A DNA stretch of 63,636 nucleotides, filler included, from Rhabdomonas costata (taxonomy: Eukaryota): assembly GCA_019059605.1 (NCBI GenBank). It is 17 parts of 17 records of this genome, joined end to end, with 100 filler letters (N's around TTAATTAATTAA, not from the genome) between each part and the next. Parts side by side here need not be neighbours in the genome. Positions count along the whole stretch, not along the records: positions 26,256 to 29,901 come from JAHMHO010000640.1; positions 30,002 to 33,644 come from JAHMHO010000641.1; positions 33,745 to 37,390 come from JAHMHO010000642.1; 14 more parts are not named here. One strand, 5' to 3'. Each line of letters begins with the position of its first letter. Position 1 is the first letter of the stretch. The translations under genes were made by a program, and so were the position numbers. The notes beneath the pieces are model-generated. The model saw only the letters and a list, made by a program, of their open reading frames with translations, made no database searches and was not told where the DNA came from. Shown one piece after another: positions 26,256 through 37,390 of the stretch.

Positions 26256-29200
26256 AGGCAACCCACGCAGCATCCCAAACCCCCTCCTCCAACCATACAG
26301 CCACAATAGATTCATCTGCGGACTCATCTCTCGCAACAGCGGAGCAGAGAAGGCGGCCATGCCAAAGCCCGGAAAGGCGCACTTCACCACCAGCTCCACC
26401 TCGTTGCCTTGAGGACCAGCTTCCGCCCAACCCAGCAGAATTCGGGGAAGCAGGGGGTCCACCCTAGCGGCGAAGTCAGCAATAGGCCCGTGCCGCCCAC
26501 AGATCTGCCCGTGGACCTCCTCCGAAGCTAAACTCACCTGGGGCAAAGGGGCAGCAATATATGCCATGAAAACAAGCAGTCCCCCCCCCCCCCTCCCGCT
26601 GCCGATCAGTTCTCTCAGTTGGGCTGTGAGAATGCAATATTCAAAAGAACGAGAACGCAAGACACAGCAGGTCGCTATCGAATCCGGAAAACTACAGAAA
26701 ACGTTCGCTTCTGTCGCGTGAGCAGTCTCTGGAAGACGAGGGTAAGACAGAATCACGAGATTCATCCCACACACATGAGCACATCTCTATTTGTATGGTG
26801 ATTAAATTAGAAAAGGTGAGAGCTACGCAGTCGCGAGGAGAAAGTGGCCAGCCCCCAACCACAGCTCACAGATTCAAATGACTGTCACAAGACTGCGGAA
26901 AATGCTTGTGTCACTTCTTCATGAAACATGCGAAACGTAACATGCACGTAACATGCTTTTTTAGGATGGTCACTGAAGCTCAGAAGCTCCTCGGCGCGCA
27001 AAAGAAACAAGGAGCAAACCCAGCTGATGCACCCGTCCGCTCGCCAAAGCATCCACAAAGCCTGGGCAGAGGCATCAGGCCACTTTAGAATCACAGCGCC
27101 TGCTCCTTCATAGGTGCGCACCTAAAACACAAAAGAATTATAAGAGACAGAGAAACTCCGCCATTACCATAACGGTCACCACACAAAGGCTGTCGATGCT
27201 AGTTCTTACAAAGTTCCTGCGAGAATACGTCAGGTGAGAGGTTGAAATGGGGGAATTTGATGCGGGCTACTTTTTTTTCTTTTATTTTTTCAACCTCGTT
27301 TGGGTCGTTGCACCCCCGGCGAACCATAGTGAACGAAAGCAGAAACAAACAAGGGGGTAACCCGCTTAGGGCTGTTTCCAACTCCACAAAAGATTGCAAA
27401 AGCGCTGGGTACTCCAGAACAAAAAGAAGCCGGAGCAAAAGCGGTCTCCATCTATGCTCGCTATACTCCCACTGATTCCGCGTACAGGTTCCTCCCTTCT
27501 AACTCACGGGTCCCAGGTACGGTAGGCGCAGGTACTTTTTTCCACCTTCTACCGGCGCTGCTTCATTTTGCTGCTCGGGTCGCTTTGCACCGAACAAAAG
27601 CAAAACAATGCCTCCTCCTCCTCCTCCTTCGCGCACCAAATTTGCGCTGTCCGCCCGTTTCACTTGGACGTGAACAAGGCCAGCTTCTTCCCGCACAAGC
27701 ACTTCACCTTCGAAAGCAATCAAAACGGTCAACAACTTGCGAGAGCGACCTACATCTTGAATTGGCATTGCAAAAATAGCGGGTCTGCGGGTCTTCTCAG
27801 ACAATGGGAGAACCGAAAAATCAGCAATGGGAAGTATGCCCATTGTGGGGCTGCGAAAAAAACTGGAAACCACATGTTTGAACAGGTCACAGAAAGCAGT
27901 TCTTTCTCCAACCACTAAAGCAAAAAAAGAAGGCTGTTTCGTTGTGCAAGAGCTGGTAGGAGCAGAACAAACAGCGCTGCCACATCCCATTTTCACCTCC
28001 TTTTCACCTCATCAAAGTCATCTCCCGAGCAAACGGTCAAAAAAAAACACTTGCTGAGAGTTATGTCATTCCAGCCTGAACGCGGCAAAGAAAAGAGGCA
28101 CAGCACCGCTTTCGATAACAGCCGTTTGGGGGAAAACGTTCCCTGGAACGCACCCACGGGGTACCCACTGCAGGGAGGAAGCACCCTCGCGCGTCCCCGC
28201 AGACGCCAACGATGAAGACGAGGGCTGCCAGGAGCACACCCGCCGAGTAGCAGGCCCGCCCCTTCCTTCCCTGCTCCGCTCCTCGGTGGCAGCAAACAAA
28301 GTGCCGAGACCGCCATGCTCATCGTCCTCCCATCGTAAACGCCTCAGCTGGGAGCCCGTGGGGAGAACCGCGAGGAGGTGATGAGCGGGGCCGACCCGAA
28401 GAGCGGAAGGACCCAAGGACACCCAGAATAATCTGAGCACCAGAAAGCATACCAAAAACCACGCCCACAGGACGACCCAGCAACATCGCAAAAACAAAAG
28501 AAAATGGCAAGACAGTGAAAAAGCAGATCCAGCAACCGGTGCTGGACTCAATCCAATTTAGTAGATTTGCGCGAATACCCAAACAACAAAGGCGCGGGCG
28601 CCTCTTCCTTTGAAATTCTCCGCGACCATCAATTCAGGTTGCCCAGACGGTGCAATTTACCACGCTCTCAATACAGTCTTGTGATTGGAAAGGAAACATG
28701 AATCACGGATCTTTGTATAGATACCCACTTAAACTCGAAAAAAGGTGCACACAGGTCAAGTAATAGTCAAGTAATAGAATGAATGGGGAGTTCCGGGCAG
28801 CAGGAGGGGCCCCACCCAGTCCGGCCCCGGCCAGTGTTGTCGTGCACATCGTCGAAGACCACAAGGGACTGCGCAGGCTGAGGCACACGTGTGAGAGTTC
28901 CGGTTGGGGAGCCCAGCAAGCGAGCGACAGCAAACGGGGAAGTGTGGGCCTCTGGCAAAGGGGAGGTGGGCCCAGGCGCCCCGGCCCAGGCCCAGGCCCA
29001 CACCGCGTGTGGCGCCCGCCAAAGCAGGCAGAAGGCCGCAGTTTCAGTCCGTTCGGAGGAGCGGGGGAAGCAGTCCGAGAGGGCTACAAGATCTCCGCAA
29101 AGCACGGGCAGCAACTGACACCACAAAACGAAAACAGAAAAGAGAAGGGCCATTTCAAACATGAAAGTCAAGCAGCTGATTCTGAACCAACGCAAAATAC

Positions 29201-29750
29201 AGCTCGCGCTTATATTTATAAAGGATGTTCCTTTATAAAGGTAAAGACAATAGAGGGCTAAGCCGAAGCAGGCCTGGGGTCTTTAGTATATACAGCAGGC
29301 TTCCCGAAACGCTGCGTGGCCGGTCCTCGGGGTCAGAAGATTCTGACCTGTCACCTCGGCCGGTTGTTGTGCCCCTTGGCGGCTCTTTAGTATCTCTTTG
29401 CGCCGCTTCTTGCACGCAGCGGAAGGTTTACGAAAGCACCCACAACGTATTTACAAAAGAACCACCATCGCTCACCCACGCCCCGAACGCGGGCAAATAG
29501 CCCCAGGCCGCCTGGAGCCCACACAATTCTCAGCGCCAGGGTGCAGTGTGTTCACCCACTCCAGGCGGATATCCCTGCACCGAACCTCCAGAAGCCCCCT
29601 CCAGGCACTGTGATGTCACCCTGCCGGGGGCAGCAGGGGGCAAACTGCCGCGCCCGCACCAGCTGACAGGTAACCGCCCGTGCCAGCGCTCGAGAAAGGG
29701 CTATCCAGGTTATCCAGATTGCTTCAGCTGATTCCTTCCGTGCTTCCCCT
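26256..29750 (-). CDS. Probable multi-exon hypothetical gene; exon structure unresolved
   Basis: Several GC-rich blocks on the minus strand follow pyrimidine-tract AG sites (~26540, ~27120, ~28345, ~29115). No recognised domain. Confidence 0.3.
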
Positions 29751-30150
29751 TGCGCAAGACACGTGCCCGGGCCAGCCGGCCCACAAACCGCTGCCCCGCC
29801 TTTGTGTGCCTTGTATGCCCCCCATGCCCCCATGGCCCGAAAATCCCAGAAGCGAAGCTGCACTCCTCGCTGTAGTGAACAACAGCAGGGACCAACAAAC
29901 ANNNNNNNNNNNNNNNNNNNNNNNNNNNNNNNNNNNNNNNNNNNNTTAATTAATTAANNNNNNNNNNNNNNNNNNNNNNNNNNNNNNNNNNNNNNNNNNN
30001 NGTGGTTGTGGCTCTAAACTGCACACAAAGTGTAGTGCGCACGCTGAAAATTGTACGCTGGTGCGAAGCCTCGTGCAGGTCTCTGGTGCACAAAGACCAG
30101 CGCATAGCCGTTTACAAGCCCCAAAATTAGTGTTACTAGGCCCCCTATCA

Positions 30151-30367
30151 AGTGCATTTATGCCCCCCCCCCCTCGCCACGTACCCCCCAAAAAGCTTCT
30201 ATTTTAATCCCGGGAACCGTGCATCGCCACCTAACCCCCTGCAAATCCATATATTAGAATCCCAGGGAACACGTGCATCACCTCCTAACCCCACCACCTG
30301 CAAACTCAGAAAGGGGAAAACAAAACTTCACAGCTCACCCTACCGGGGGGGGGGGCATAAATGCACT
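30151..30367. mobile_element. MITE-like element with ~21 bp terminal inverted repeats
   Basis: Left end agtgcatttatgccccccccc, right end gggggggggcataaatgcact. Internal direct repeat ggaac(a)cgtgcatc.cc.cctaacccc occurs twice. No clear target-site duplication. Confidence 0.55.
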
Positions 30368-30386
30368 AGCGCCTGTTACTACAGTC

Positions 30387-32292
30387 TCAGCGTTGCCAAT
30401 CAGAACCCTTTTGTTGTGATCCAAGGGCCTCCACAACACCACCGCCCCGTGAGCGCACCCAGGTCACCGTGTCACTCAGAAGGACGGCGGCCCTCACCAT
30501 CGCTCTCAGCGTGCCGCCCGCAGCCACGCTAGTCGCTGCCAGATAAGCAAAAAAAAAGAGCACACCCAATACTGCAGGCACGAATGATTGGGGATTGTAA
30601 AGGTGATGGTGGGGGGTCAGTCAAACGGCAGTTTGAGAGGGTATCTGCAGAGGAAACGTGCGCTAGAGCAGATGTTTAGAAGTGCAAGACAGTTTACAGG
30701 CCCAGATGCAGTACAATAGGTCGAGGACAGGCAATAAAAAATATAAAACCTACCATCCCTCAAAAAACTCAATTCTATCGGTTCGATATATTCGATCAAG
30801 TTCGTCCGGCAGAAGGTGCCTGTCCGGTTTTGCTGAACATATGTGCGCAGGAAATGGGCGGTAAAGGTGGGGAAAAGAAGGACCAGTGCCGAAGAAATGA
30901 GAGAAGTCATCCACAACAATCAATGTTGGAAGCCTCTCCACGGGCAGGAGATGGAGGGCAGCAAGCAGCTGTTGCAGCACGGACTCTGAGTCCACGTACT
31001 TCAATGTGATCCGGCTCAGCGAGGGGTCACCGGAGGGCACCCCTGAAATGATCATCAGCGTCTATATCCTCAAATCTCAAAACCAAAGAAAAGAAAGGTG
31101 ACAGGTTGAATTGCCTGTGTCCAGACAACATCTGGAGCACGAGCACGAGTGTGTGCTGTAGCACTCTTTACTCTTGCAATGAAGAGGCTGTAGCCCGTGA
31201 CAGAAAGGTGCGCGTGCAAGGGAAGTCCCTGATGGAGAAGAAGACGGGCGTGCACACAAACAGACAGCCGAGCATACGATATCGGCGCATTTTTAAGGTA
31301 CGCCTGCTCAAAGTTGTGCACCGCCGGAGCGAGGGAACGGAAAATTTACCCGATCGACAACACCTAAAAAGCTTCATTCCTTGCCCCAACACCACTGAAC
31401 CATGCTCAGTTACAATGATGCAGCTTGCATCAAAAAATGGAAGCTGCATCAAAAGATGGAAGGCTCTGCAGTGATCTCGCAGCGCACCTGAAGGGAGAAT
31501 AGGCGGAGAAGATTCCAACTTCTGTCGGGGGCAGATGTACAAAACCTGGGAGGGAAAAGACAGAACAACCAAATGCGTGAGCTGTATCCTTGAGAAAGGT
31601 CGGCTTGACTTTGACAAGAGATGCAATCGGTTCATTAGATGCAACCTGGCAACAACGGCGATCCCCCCCTCCCCCAAACAAAAAAATTGGATCTCGGTAG
31701 AGAGATCGCCGTGATCTCACATTTCGAACACGAGACTGAGCAAATCCACCTTTGGAGCATTCAGACAAAATGGAAAAGACTTATTTGGGTTCTGGAGAGT
31801 CACCCCGACTATGTCGGATGTTGTTGTTGTTGTTCAGCACAACGACGTTTCACTCCCAAAAAGACATCGCGAGAAGGCAGCATGATGGAGCGTTTCAAAG
31901 TTGTGACGTAAACAGCGGCAAACTTCAACACAACTTCAACAAACAAACCCGCCGATTGTGATCGATGGGAGAGGACGAATGTGACCGACTGTGATGCCGC
32001 GGGCTGGCTCGACCGAAAAAACATCGCGGAGGTGGTCTCGACCAAACTGACGGAGTGTGATAGGAAACTGTTACAGAGAAAGAATAGGAAGAGCATCCCC
32101 TGCACAGACCCTTCCCCCGCGCAGAGCAACGTTGACGGCGCCAGTGAAAGCCAGGGTAGTCTTCCCGCACCGCGGGGGCCCAAACAAAGCTATTCCCTCC
32201 GCATCCTGGGGCGCCTCACTCTCCGCACACCCCGCCGCACCACTCTTGCCCGCATCCCCAGACATGGGGTAGAACAGCCACTCGGGAAGCAT
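30387..32292 (-). CDS. SWSAP1-like RecA/RAD51-paralog ATPase; exons ~32292-32110, ~31545-31488, ~31043-30883, 30535-~30440
   Basis: Walker A GPPRCGKT, then VLYICPRQKLESSPP, LSRITLKYV..LQQLLAALH, Walker B PTLIVVDDF, and AAVLLSDTV. Same order as SWSAP1, with phase-consistent splice sites. The 3' end is uncertain. Confidence 0.75.
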
Positions 32293-32838
32293 CGGCAACT
32301 CTGTGGCGTCTGCGAGCTGGAATCACCCTTCCACTGTCCTTCGGTCCATTGTTGCTCAGACCTGGCTCCTTCTGCAGCCCTATTCTCAAACCGCAACCTC
32401 AACCACCTTGAACACAGAAAGATCAATAACGGCTTACTTTGAGCGCCAGAAGAGTCACTCTCACCTTTGAACGACAGAGCACGATACAGAGAAGCCTGGC
32501 GGGGATAGCACCGCCCTTCCGGTCTGAAAGGTGTCAGCAGTCCTTCTCAATACGGGATGATTGGCAGGGAAGAAGCCAGAGTGCGTAAACATTCTTGCAG
32601 CAGCCAATGATTCGCCGTTGCCTTCTTCGGGTTTCTGTCATACCAAAGAGAAAACAACGCTTCTCCGAGTGCCGCAGGGAATTGAGGATACATGAAACAT
32701 CAACAGATGACCAGCTCTGCTCGCCCAAGAGAAATAAACAGTGAAATGCAAAGCACTGCACTGCACAACAAATGTCCACAACGTCCTCCGCAGTTGGGGT
32801 TGGTGGGTACTTGAGGCCGCAGAGTCACGGCAGAGATT

Positions 32839-33407
32839 TCAAGGCTCGCCGACATTGAGGTGGTACTCCCGGATGATAACCGGGACGGAGGAGGGCGGGA
32901 CCATCCCCACCTCAGTGATAAGCATTGAGATGTACTCAGGCGGAGTCAGGTCGTACTGCATGTTGGAAATCCTGGGGGTTACAGAGATGAGCCTGAGGGT
33001 TGCATTTGAAATACTTCCGACCTGTGCTCACCCCTTCAAGGTTTCAGATGAAGTTTGCATGGCATGTACATTTGTGTGTCGTTTTTTGCAACTCATCTTG
33101 AGAGAACAACTACATGACAAATTTCCAGTCTTCAGCAACTAATTTCAATGGTATCCACGGGTCCAATCCAAAAGAAGCATAATTTTACCAAACCGCCCAC
33201 CTCTCCTTTTCCCTCTGCCAAATTATTATTATTAGAAACATCAACCGACAAGAACTGCATAGTACTGAGAGGATGGGCTAAACTGTGGCAAGTGTGAGAC
33301 CCCAGAGTCCCCAGCAAACCTGTACGTCAGATTCTCCACCACCACCGCCTCCGCACCGACCCCCGCCACGTCAGCAGAGGATGGCGGGGCGAGCAGTGCG
33401 GGGTTAC
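32839..33407 (-). CDS. EIF2B4: Translation initiation factor eIF2B delta subunit, last two exons (33407-33326, 32971-32839)
   Basis: GNPALL...NLTISNMQYDLTPPEYISMLITEVGMVPPSSVPVIIREY* matches the conserved eIF2B-delta C-terminus (YDVTP.E....VITE.G..P.SSVPV..R). Confidence 0.88.
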
Positions 33408-33744
33408 CTGTGAACGAGATGCCATTCCCAACAGCGTTTTTGATTCGAATAGCAACCAAAACACCAGCGTATCTCGCGAAAGCAAGTCACGCGAGATTTG
33501 CAAAAAAAAAAACTGCACATGCAACCCCTCCTCACCCCGAGTAGATTTCCTGCATCCGCCTCAACATAAGTATCGCCCTCTGTTCTCTGAACCCGTGCGA
33601 AAAGCTTACGCACAATTGGAATCCCAACTGAAGCCCAACAAAACNNNNNNNNNNNNNNNNNNNNNNNNNNNNNNNNNNNNNNNNNNNNTTAATTAATTAA
33701 NNNNNNNNNNNNNNNNNNNNNNNNNNNNNNNNNNNNNNNNNNNN

Positions 33745-34993
33745 TCGGCGTTGTCGGCCGTGGGGGTGGTAACAGCGACGGTGGCGGCGGTGGCGGCGGC
33801 GAGGTGAGCGCCTGCACTGCGTCGGCGGTGCTTAAGGGGACGAACCACTCGCTGCAGTCGTACAGCGGCACCCCTAGCGTCCTTCGGCTTCCCTTTTGCC
33901 GCCTCTGAAATCAAATGGACAGGCAGCAGAACACAAGGAAAGAGTGCAAAAAGGATGATGTACGCAGCATTCTCCCTGGAGGAGGACGGTGTGTGTGTGT
34001 GTGTGTGTGCATTTTTTGCAGGAAAAAGGTCACAGGCGATTGAACCTGGCACAGTTTACACAACCTCTGCTTCAAAAATGACCTGTCCGAGGGGAAACTT
34101 GTAAAGACACAAAAAAGCCACCCAACCCCTGTCTTGAGCATCAAGACTCACCTCTGCCGAAGCGGTGGTGGCGGCCGCTGTGAGGATGTTTTCCGCAGCA
34201 GTGAAGTGCACCTGAAGATGCCACCACGCATCAGCATCGAGGGTGAGGTGCGGTGGGGACTGACCTGAATTTCCACAATAGCTTGGAAGTCATTGGGAAG
34301 AACAAGAACAAGAACTTAGTGAACAATTGAACAATTTAACGTTGCTAACCCATGTCCTCATTAACCCATACCCCCCCTCCCAGACAAACTCCCGGTCTCA
34401 GCCTCCCACTCCGTGCCCCTAAACCAAACCTTTCCCACTCGTCCAAATTAGAAAAATACTTAGGAAAGGCAGGAAAGGCCGTGCCCGAGTTTTGTGCCAA
34501 CGGTAAACCCTTTATCACATATAGTGGTTTTGGGGGGTTAGCTACAACGTGGTTACCCCCACCCCTCCCTTACTTGGCACCATCAGATTCCCGTAGGTTC
34601 CTTCCTTCCGCCCGGTGGGGTACCCGACCCCACCCAAAAAACCTGGTGGGGTTGTGAACGCTTGGCAACATCCGCTTCAGCCCATGGACTGCATGGAATC
34701 AACCGTGGCCAGCGCCCTTTACGTTTCTACGTTTCGCCTAGACACAGGCGATAATACCACAAATACAACTCCTGGGAGGGTCTTTGGCAAAAGACAAGCC
34801 AAAAAGAGCCAGGGTTTGGGCAGGGCGACGACAAAGGGCCCTTTGGCAATACCTCCGTGGGGGTCGTCATCCGCAGCTTCACCTTCAGCCCAGCAGGGAG
34901 GCCGCGCGCAGCTTCAGTCACCCTCTCGGTCTTCCATTGGAATGCCAGCTCCTCCAGGGAATCGGCGAGGGCCTCTTCTTCTCCGTTCATGGC
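33745..34993 (-). CDS. Unknown protein, copy A of an inverted paralog pair; exons 34993-34853, 34211-34152, 33904-33745 (3'-partial); possible upstream exon ending at 35280
   Basis: AMNGEEEALADSLEELAFQWKTERVTEAARGLPAGLKVKLRMTTPTE / VHFTAAENILTAAATTASAE / RRQKGSRRTLGVPLYDCSEWFVPLSTADAVQAL followed by a Pro-rich tract. All junctions are phase-0 GT-AG and conserved in copy B. Confidence 0.8.
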
Positions 34994-35243
34994 CTGCGAA
35001 GGGACCCCATCACACAAGTGGCCTCAGGCAACGGTGGCTGCGTTGCAAACGCACTGTTTTGACGAGCTTGCCCGCGCACTGCGTTCCGCGGTGGATGTGA
35101 AATGGCGTATGGTATTTGCGAGTGGCAGTGACTGCTGCGGTATCGGCGGTGCTTGCAGTGTCAAGTGAACTACTAGCGAATGACCAATGAGGATCAGATT
35201 TTTCTGACGTACTGCACTAGCTATTCACCTGAATGCTTCCAAA

Positions 35244-35348
35244 CACCCATTCAATTATCCGGACGAAGCTGCAGCCAACCTGGGCCTGCAGCTGGCACAG
35301 CTGCAGGCCCAGGTTGGCTGCTGCTTCGTCCGGATAGTTGAATGGGTG
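35244..35348. repeat. Near-perfect palindrome: 51-bp arms, 3-nt loop (GCA 35295-35297), 2 mismatches
   Basis: 35244-35294 is the reverse complement of 35298-35348 except at two positions. An outer pair ttcacctgaatg (35224) / cattcaggtgaa (35360) extends it. Confidence 0.97.
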
Positions 35349-35615
35349 AACGACAAGTTCATTCAGGTGAACGACAAGTACCAATCCGTTATAGAAATCT
35401 GGTCGTTGGTTGTTTGCTTGTGACGTGTCCTGTTTAAGGTGGTATAGCGTCTGACAGAAGAACGATGGAAAAAAAACTTTGGCACCCGCTCGCACGCATG
35501 GCAAGCTCAACCCTGCAAGCTCAACCCTGCAGACTGTTTGTCCCTGGATAGCTATGGCAGACTACAAAAGGATACTCATCATGGTTGGGACATCCCCATG
35601 ACTACATTGCCGCAG

Positions 35616-37390
35616 GCCGTGAACGGAGAAGAAGAGGCCCTCGCCGACTCCTTGGAGGAGCTGGCCTTCCAGTGGAAGGCCGAGAGAGTAACGGAGGCCG
35701 CGCGATGCCTTCCTGCTGGGCTGAAAGTGAAGCTCCGGATGACGACCCCCACTGAGGTATTGCCGAAGGGCCCATTGTTCTCGCCAAACTCCTTGCTCAC
35801 TGGCATGGCTTTACCAAGGCCCTTACAGAAATCTCTTTTTGGGGGGTTTCGCTATGTTCCTGGACCGTGTAGTTGGCCACCACCATCAGCCAGCTCTTTG
35901 CCCGCTTTAGCCGGGATTGGGATGGGGTTAATCCACGGAACCATAGGAACTTTGGGGTGCCTCGGGGAGTTACTTTATTATTGCACAGCGTGGTCTAATT
36001 TATATAAATTCCTCCCTCCTTCTTTTAGAAGCGGTCGCCGCGTGGGTTGCAGAAAACGTCGCCCCCAGGGTCCAGAGAACCTCGGTTTTCCACTCTAACA
36101 GTGCAAAGCTTGGGGGTTAAACGATAGCATTGAACGTTGAGCATTTTGGAAGGCGAGATACGAAACTGAGCCATTGCTCTGGCTTTGCGTTTCCTGGGTA
36201 TTCTTGAGCTGCTTTGGATGGTTGGAACAAAGGTTCTCTTTTTCTTTTCGGGCCTCTGACGGGAACATTGCCTAGGGGCAGCTTTTATGAGATTTCATAG
36301 CGGTGGACATCGAAGACCCCCCCCCCGTCTTAAATTGACAACCCGTTATAACGCAATCTCCCCTCCCCAAGAACTGCACTGAACCCCGTGATAGTCGGGC
36401 GTCCTTCTGGGGTGAGAGTTTGAAGTGCTCTGGGTTTAAATTTGCATTTCTATTTTGGTGTCAAATCAATGCACCCTGTCACTTCGTTCTTTTGGGCATT
36501 TTTCGATCTCTAGGTGAGGCCGACACCGTGCCATCATAAGCCTCATACGCCCCCGCGTTGTTCCTCGAGAATTCGCTTCCAAAACCTAAGTGATCCACAC
36601 ATACGCACGCGCCCCCCAACACCACCACCTCACACACAACCATGCAACCACCTTCCAACCTTTTGTCTCTAAGAGAAGCCATTCCACCTTCCCCAACTTC
36701 AATGTTAATGCAGGAGCGGGGCGTTGTATTTCAGGTTCGCTTCACTGCTGCGGAGGAGGTACTCGCGGCGGCTGCCACCTGTGCTGTCGAGGTGTTTTCC
36801 CCGGATTTGAATAGGGCTCCTTGTCTGGCCTTTCTGTGCATTTTGCTGAATGTGGGGCTGAGGTCGGCTGTTGTGAAGCAAAGCTGAGAAACGTGCCCAC
36901 GTGATTATGTGCAATATCTTACTGGATTGTGCTAGGCTCTGCACTTCTTGCTGGGCGCGCAGGTACATATTTGCCTTGAATATCTCTTTCTTACTCCCAC
37001 GGATTGTGCCGATGACTTCCACTCCACCTCAAACCCAAACGGGTTCCTTCACCCAACAGCACAGGTTTTTAGTCAGCGGCTTCCTGGCTCTGTGGATCTC
37101 TTTATTTGTTTGGAGACACCTCTCTGCCTCTGCTCCGCTGCGAGCTGCCGTCCTCCCTGCCTGCAGAGGGGTCCCCCAGGGTGTACAAGGGTGACACTGG
37201 GAGTGCCGCTGTACGACTGCAGCGAGTGGTTCGCCCCTCTTACCGCGGCCGACGCAGTGCAGGCGCTCTCCCCCCCACCGCCGCCACCTTCGCCACCATC
37301 GTTACTGCCACAGCCGACAACGCCGACGACACCCACCACGATGCCCTCCTCGCTGCCCGCCGCACCTGTGGTTGGGGCGCGGAGTGCCTC
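35616..37390 (+). CDS. Unknown protein, copy B of an inverted paralog pair; exons 35616-35756, 36735-36791, 37167-37390 (3'-partial); possible upstream exons 35028-35106 and 35221-35312
   Basis: AVNGEEEALADSLEELAFQWKAERVTEAARCLPAGLKVKLRMTTPTE / VRFTAAEEVLAAAATCAVE / RGPPGCTRVTLGVPLYDCSEWFAPLTAADAVQAL followed by a Pro-rich tract. Same intron positions as copy A. Confidence 0.8.

Noticed and set aside
34857-35806. Conserved antisense ORFs (GVVIRSFTFSPAGR...) in both arms as separate genes
   Set aside because: This antisense frame shares third codon positions with the exon defined by conserved splice sites, so its conservation is expected as a shadow. Not formally excluded.
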